Origin: Alphaproteobacteria bacterium
GTDB lineage: Bacteria; Pseudomonadota; Alphaproteobacteria; RF32; CAG-239
Assembly (NCBI GenBank): GCA_017444525.1
Contig: JAFSWL010000019.1
Location: forward strand, 1 to 63,938
Length of the DNA stretch: 63,938 nucleotides
Direction: 5' to 3'
The notes under the pieces are model-generated. The model ran no database searches. It was not told the origin of the DNA and was given only the letters and a program-made list of their open reading frames with translations. Positions within the stretch are counted from its first letter, which is position 1; each line of letters opens with the position of its first letter. Below are positions 58,521 through 63,938 of this stretch, one piece after another. The position numbers were made by a program, and so were the translations under genes.

Positions 58521-59531
58521 CTATTTCGGCAAATGTGGAAGTACCCCGGCATGTCCGCCATAACCGCTTCCGATAACACGACCTATGCTCATAATTTTAG
58601 CCCCTATACAAGTTTTGCAATGCAAAGGTGTATCATCAACACATATCTTTCCGGGATATAGCTCATATAACTTGCGGTATTCACCTTCGGTAACATTCGG
58701 CATTACCACATTGGCGCCGCTTTGCAATGCCCAAATACGTCCCATCGGATGCAAACTTTCCATAGCAGTTGTTGCCGGAATATTAATATCCGGCATTAGT
58801 AGACGCATAACCGCCATCGTGCGTCGCGCTAAATCCAATGTACCGCCGAATTCGTCTTTTAGCGGTGTCTGCGGATGCGGAATAAACGGCCCGATACCGG
58901 CCATATCAACTTTGATATCTTTAAGATAGAGTAAGTCTTGTGCTATTGATTCTATGGTTTGCCCCGGAAGTCCAACCATTATTCCCGAACCTAGTTCATA
59001 ACCTATTTCTTTAAGTGAGAGCAAACACTCGTGTCGTTTCTGCCATGTCATATTCGGATCAAGCCGATGATATAAGTCTTTATCGGTTGTTTCTATTCTA
59101 ATTAAATAGCGATCGGCACCGGCATCATACCATGCCTTATAATCTTCATACGAACGTTCTCCTACCGATAACGTAATTGCCACATCAAATTTTTTGATAA
59201 TCTCTACAATTCGGCACATTCTTTCACACGTAAACCACATATCTTCGCCTGATTGCATTACAATGGTTTTAAAACCCATCTCGGCAGCTTTTCGCGCGGT
59301 ATCGATGAGTTCTTCTTCGCTCATCCGATAGCGCACGGCATTTGCATTACCACAGCGAATTCCACAATACATGCAATTGTTGCGACAAATATTTGAAAAC
59401 TCTATTAAGCCACGTAAATGTACTTCATCGCCGACATATTGTTTACGCACTGCATCAGCTTGTTTAAACAAATCGGCTTGATTTTGTTCATCTGCCAACA
59501 GCCTTATTATTTCATTTTTACTAAACTCCAT
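58521..59531 (-). CDS. hydE: [FeFe]-hydrogenase maturase HydE-like radical SAM protein
   Basis: RGLIEFSNICRNNCMYCG, QSGED, GIGPFIPHPQTP, PATTA, GANVVMPN, YELYPGK. Confidence 0.85.
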   Translation of the reverse strand: MEFSKNEIIRLLADEQNQADLFKQADAVRKQYVGDEVHLRGLIEFSNICRNNCMYCGIRCGNANAVRYRMSEEELIDTARKAAEMGFKTIVMQSGEDMWFTCERMCRIVEIIKKFDVAITLSVGERSYEDYKAWYDAGADRYLIRIETTDKDLYHRLDPNMTWQKRHECLLSLKEIGYELGSGIMVGLPGQTIESIAQDLLYLKDIKVDMAGIGPFIPHPQTPLKDEFGGTLDLARRTMAVMRLLMPDINIPATTAMESLHPMGRIWALQSGANVVMPNVTEGEYRKLYELYPGKICVDDTPLHCKTCIGAKIMSIGRVIGSGYGGHAGVLPHLPK

Positions 59532-59580
59532 AGTCGCAATATAAGAAATTTAGCTTATTTGTCAATAAAAAACGATAAAT

Positions 59581-59608
59581 TGAGCTGTCCCCCCCTAAAG
59601 CGGACACA
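59581..59608 (+). mobile_element. Possible isolated IS3-family terminal inverted repeat remnant
   Basis: TGAGCTGTCCCCCCCTAAAGCGGACAC resembles IS3-type ends; at the edge of the AT-rich island. Confidence 0.35.
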
Positions 59609-59754
59609 CCACTTTATAGAGCACAGTTCACAAATGGGAGTTCTTTTGTTTTATTGATGATGCTTACCCCGCAAGTTACAAACTAAATTTATAATAAATT
59701 TTAACCTTTTCATTATAACATTACACAAAATACCAACAATCCTCGAAAGAACTA

Positions 59755-60435
59755 ATGCAAAACGAAAATATTTTATCGCAAATCAAAAAAGCAGAACAAA
59801 AATTTAAGGAAAATAATTATAAAGGGAACTCGTCTTGTTCTTGTTTGGTTGAAAAATATGGTGATTTACCGATTTTGCTTTCTGCACCGCACGCTGTTAA
59901 ACAAATAAGAAACGGCAAAATAAAAGCACATGAATTTTATACCGGTGCAATTGTTGAATGTCTGGCAAAACAAATCGGTTGCGCTTGCATTACAAAACAA
60001 TATTTAATTGAAAATACAACAAATGATGATCCTAATACCGACAATGCGTATTGTTCCTACAAAACGGCCATCAATCAATTTTTGCAAGCACATAAGATTA
60101 CGTTATTTGTTGATATTCACGGACTTTCAAGCAATCGTGACAGCATTATTGATATTTGCATTGATAACGGTAAAAATGTTAACGATATGACTTATATTTC
60201 AGCATTGCAAAATTGTATAGAAAATAAATTCGGCGCAAATAAATCTTCAATAGATAAGTACTTTTCAGCTTTTTCTGAGAATAATATGAGCAAATGGCTT
60301 CATTCAAACTTTGATGTTTCAGCGCTTGAGCTCGAAATCAATGGTGCGTATCGCTGGTTTGAGGGTGAGACTGAAAAACAATCTCTTGACTTGTTTTTAT
60401 GCTTGGAAGAATGGTTGAAAGGTCTTTCCTTTTGA
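59755..60435 (+). CDS. Putative Zn-dependent amidohydrolase (N-formylglutamate amidohydrolase-like fold)
   Basis: LLSAPH, DPN, VDIHG, LELEI. Confidence 0.55.
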   Translation: MQNENILSQIKKAEQKFKENNYKGNSSCSCLVEKYGDLPILLSAPHAVKQIRNGKIKAHEFYTGAIVECLAKQIGCACITKQYLIENTTNDDPNTDNAYCSYKTAINQFLQAHKITLFVDIHGLSSNRDSIIDICIDNGKNVNDMTYISALQNCIENKFGANKSSIDKYFSAFSENNMSKWLHSNFDVSALELEINGAYRWFEGETEKQSLDLFLCLEEWLKGLSF

Positions 60436-60532
60436 CGATGATTCTTTTTGAAAAATAAAATGCAAAAAACGATTGATTTAAACGCTGGGTTATGTTCATA
60501 TATAAAAGTGAGTTTATAAGGTGTTTAAAACT

Positions 60533-61378
60533 ATGAAAATAGCCGTTCATTTACATATTTTTTATCTTGAAATGTGGGATGAAATAAAAGAATATCTTCA
60601 CAATATAGGTCATTATCCTTATCATCTGTTTGTTACCTTAATACAAGAAAATGATGATTTAATTCATAAAATCAAAGAATATCACAAAGACACCTCAATA
60701 TATATAGTTGAAAATCGCGGATATGATGTTGGTGCATTTGTTTATTTTTTACATCAAATAGATTTGAAACAATACGATATTATCATAAAGTTGCATACAA
60801 AAAATAAAGTTGGATATGATACATTAATCAATCATCGATATATCAGCAGAAAAAATTGGGTTAAACTGTTATATACCGGGCTTTTAGGTTCGTATGCACT
60901 ATTTATTAAAAATCTTTATAAATTTAAAGTAAAACAGAATCTGGGAATGATTGGATCTCAATATTTAATAACATCAAATGCTAAGAATACAAAGAATGTC
61001 AAATCAGGTGTTAAAGATTTTATGATTAAACTGGGATATATAAAACCGGAAAAAATAACTTTTGTTGCGGGGACAATGTTCATGATTCGCAGCCATTTAT
61101 TACAACAAATTAAAGATAATTTTACAATAAATGATTTTGAAATATCTGACCCCAAAATAAAAGATGGAACACTTGCACATATTTTAGAAAGGGTTTTTGG
61201 CTGTTTAGTTGTGGCAAATGGCTATACAATTAACGGGTATGATAAAAATTACTATTTTGAATGTGCTTCAATATTAAAAACAATCCGTCATTTTATTTAT
61301 TGCCGCAAGATAACAAATCACAACTACCTACTCATAAAAATATGTAAAATACCTATATATCACCGCAAACAATTATAA
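60533..61378 (+). CDS. Rhamnan synthesis F (RgpF)-family protein
   Basis: AVHLHIFY, ENRGYDVG, KLHTK, FVAGTMF, DGTLAHILER. Confidence 0.85.
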   Translation: MKIAVHLHIFYLEMWDEIKEYLHNIGHYPYHLFVTLIQENDDLIHKIKEYHKDTSIYIVENRGYDVGAFVYFLHQIDLKQYDIIIKLHTKNKVGYDTLINHRYISRKNWVKLLYTGLLGSYALFIKNLYKFKVKQNLGMIGSQYLITSNAKNTKNVKSGVKDFMIKLGYIKPEKITFVAGTMFMIRSHLLQQIKDNFTINDFEISDPKIKDGTLAHILERVFGCLVVANGYTINGYDKNYYFECASILKTIRHFIYCRKITNHNYLLIKICKIPIYHRKQL

Positions 61379-61453
61379 GAGGGCTGAAATGTTTAAATAT
61401 CATATTTTTCAAAGCAAAGAAATGCACCCTTTTCTGAATAAGGACTTATATTA

Positions 61454-63331
61454 ATGCAAAAACTTTTATCGCTGTGTATTGCAACAACAGGTGTTATCGA
61501 ATGGGTAGATAAAGTTGTTGAAAGCATTTATTCTCAAAATGAAGATGATGCTTTGTTTGAAGTTATCATTACAGATAATGGTGATAACGATGACTGTATG
61601 CTTTTCATAACAAAGAAATTTTCTGCACATAAAAATTTATATTACAAGCGAACATCGTCAAAACTCTTCTTAAATCAGATAGATGCTCTTAAGTTAGCAA
61701 GCGGAATACTTATAAAACTAGTTAACACGCGATCTGTTTTTACGTCCGGAAGTATCAGATATTTTTTAGATTTTGTCAGGAAGCATCAAGCAGACAAGGA
61801 AAAGCCTGTTGTGTATTTTTTGAACCATCTGTTGGCAAGAGAGCCTCTGATGTGTAAATCTTTTGATAACTTCGTTACATCGCTGTCAAATATGTCTTCA
61901 TGGTCAGGCGGGCTTTCCTGCTGGAAAGAAGATTTTGACAAACTGCCTCAAAATATGGAATATAATGTACTGTTTCCCCATCTGTCCATTCTTTTCTATT
62001 TTACTGACAAGCAAAATTATATCATAGATTACAGGCATTGGTTTGATGAAATTGAAATCGACTGCTCTCAAAAGAGTAAATATAACGTATATTATGCTTT
62101 TGGGGTGCAATATTTATCGCTCTTGCTGGATTTAGCCAACAGAAATAAAATATCATTTAAAACATTTCTGCAAATCAAAAAAGTCAATGAGGATTTTATC
62201 ACAAATGATTATAGAAAATTTACGTTGCAAAATCAGCCGCATTCTTTTGAATTAGAGAATGCCAAGGAATATTTTAATGTATTTTATGATTTTGAAAAAA
62301 TAAGATTATCGGCAGAAACTCAATTAAAAGCAGAGAAACAAGAAAAACTTTCTAAAAATTATAAAAGAGTTGCTGTTTTTGCCTCATATTTTTCATCAGA
62401 AAATGTTCCGGATTATGTATTTTATTATCTTCGCGGGTTAAAAGCAGTATGTGATAAAATTATATTTATCGCTGACAATTTTGTATCGTCGACAGAAATT
62501 GCAAAACTCAAAAACTACGTTTCTTATGTACAATGTGAGCGACACGGTGAATATGATTTCGGTTCATATAAAAGAGGAATTGCTTATGCTGGAAATAACG
62601 GTTTGCTGGCAGATGTGGATGAGTTGATTTTATGCAACGACAGTTGTTACGGTCCGGTTTTTCCATTTGTCGATATGTTTAGGGAAATGGAAAAGAAAAA
62701 CTGTGACTTTTGGGGAATATGTAAAAATGTAGATATTGAGGAACATCTACAGTCATATTTTTTGGTATTTAGAAAACAAATTTTTTCAGATTCGTCTTTC
62801 CATGAGTTTTTTGCACATGTAACACATCTACCAAGCAGAGAAGACACTATTTTGAATTACGAAACAAAATTAACCCACTACTTTACAAATAAAGGTTATT
62901 CTTTTGCAAACTATATTCCATATCCTAAAGAAAATAATATGTATCCACGTTCGATAAATGTGAATTTAACTTGCTTTCCGACATGGCTGATGCAAAGAAA
63001 ATGTCCTTTGTTAAAAGTGAAAGCGTTTTATGACCCTACAGCTAATTGCGAAGGGATAAAAAATTCCCTACACTACCTTCTGGAGAAGAATGAAAAATTG
63101 CATTCATTGGTAAAAAATGATTCAAAAAAGCGTATGATTAAACTTGAAACACATAAACAAAGCTATAAGTTATTCAATATTATTTCTCTTTTTTCAGTAA
63201 AAAAATGCGGAGGAAAAACAGTTTATAAAATTTTCGGCTTACCGATTTGGAAAGTCAGACACATGGAAAATAATATTACAACAAAGTATTATTTATTTGA
63301 TATTTCTTTTCTGAAAGTAAGCAAAAAATAA
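61454..63331 (+). CDS. Fusion of GT2-like N-terminal domain and RgpF-like rhamnan synthesis domain
   Basis: LSLCIAT..EVIITDN; then EYDFGSYKRG, LCNDSCYGP, DFWG, HLQSYF. Confidence 0.75.
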   Translation: MQKLLSLCIATTGVIEWVDKVVESIYSQNEDDALFEVIITDNGDNDDCMLFITKKFSAHKNLYYKRTSSKLFLNQIDALKLASGILIKLVNTRSVFTSGSIRYFLDFVRKHQADKEKPVVYFLNHLLAREPLMCKSFDNFVTSLSNMSSWSGGLSCWKEDFDKLPQNMEYNVLFPHLSILFYFTDKQNYIIDYRHWFDEIEIDCSQKSKYNVYYAFGVQYLSLLLDLANRNKISFKTFLQIKKVNEDFITNDYRKFTLQNQPHSFELENAKEYFNVFYDFEKIRLSAETQLKAEKQEKLSKNYKRVAVFASYFSSENVPDYVFYYLRGLKAVCDKIIFIADNFVSSTEIAKLKNYVSYVQCERHGEYDFGSYKRGIAYAGNNGLLADVDELILCNDSCYGPVFPFVDMFREMEKKNCDFWGICKNVDIEEHLQSYFLVFRKQIFSDSSFHEFFAHVTHLPSREDTILNYETKLTHYFTNKGYSFANYIPYPKENNMYPRSINVNLTCFPTWLMQRKCPLLKVKAFYDPTANCEGIKNSLHYLLEKNEKLHSLVKNDSKKRMIKLETHKQSYKLFNIISLFSVKKCGGKTVYKIFGLPIWKVRHMENNITTKYYLFDISFLKVSKK

Positions 63332-63938
63332 TATGGATACGCACCTTACTTTAAAGGATAATTACCGCCGGCGATGTGTTTTAGATTAGCCTCAGATTGT
63401 ATGTGTCTAATCAAATATATCATATTATATACTCCAAATAAACTCCTATGACCATCAATTATAAATTAATTTTTAATAAACATCCATTTAACAGAAAAAT
63501 ATATCATCAGACAATGTAAATACAAATCTGTAATCATACCTACCTCAAACACTTTCTTGATTTTATTGCATTGTTGCTACAATCGGTTCGTAAAATTTCC
63601 CTTTGTCGTCATTCCTCGAAGTGCGCTGCGCGTCACTTCGTCAAGGAATCTTATCTTTGCGAAGCGCAATATTTATAATTTGAAGATGCCTTGAATTTTT
63701 CTCCTTTGTCAAAAAATAAGCATAATATTTTTGTTTTATTTAAAAAGAAAAAACGGCGGTTTTTATACCTGCCATTTGTATTGGTGATGCTTTGCTCGCA
63801 ATTTACGAGCTTAGCAATTCCTCACGAATTTGCATCAAAATTTTTCCCATACAATTTTGACCGCTTCCAATTCCAAACCCACATTTATAACAAACCGGAC
63901 AAGATTTTATCAAAACAGCATTTCCTGTTGCTTTTAAC

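Overview
AT-rich bacterial chromosomal segment. It is alphaproteobacterial by markers (gcrA, two-piece permuted tmRNA next to an alpha-type sspB, YbjN/DUF1790-like gene) and possibly from an anaerobic, host-associated lineage (HydE-like radical SAM gene; inference only). Core genes: cyclophilin, fabD/fabG, ftsK, rpsD, queA, lgt, trkH, metG, xseB-ispA, type-2 ileS, secE-nusG, ettA, rpmJ, tRNA-Arg(TCT), htpX. Accessory content: a RimK-like ATP-grasp/inactive transglutaminase/aspartyl-protease triad, IS200, IS110 and IS3-like remnants, ankyrin/LRR/orphan genes with basic C-terminal tails, a 1346-aa Cys-rich secreted protein, and RgpF-like glycan genes. The most notable unexplained signal is a ~105-bp nested palindrome sitting at the stop codon of five housekeeping genes, always in the same orientation. 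Its inner stem differs between copies but stays complementary, and it is often followed by tandem half-copies whose arms are shared between loci. Also notable are an Ile-rich leader peptide upstream of ileS and an orphan gene bracketed by a duplicated gene start. All family assignments come from recognising motifs by eye; no database search was run.
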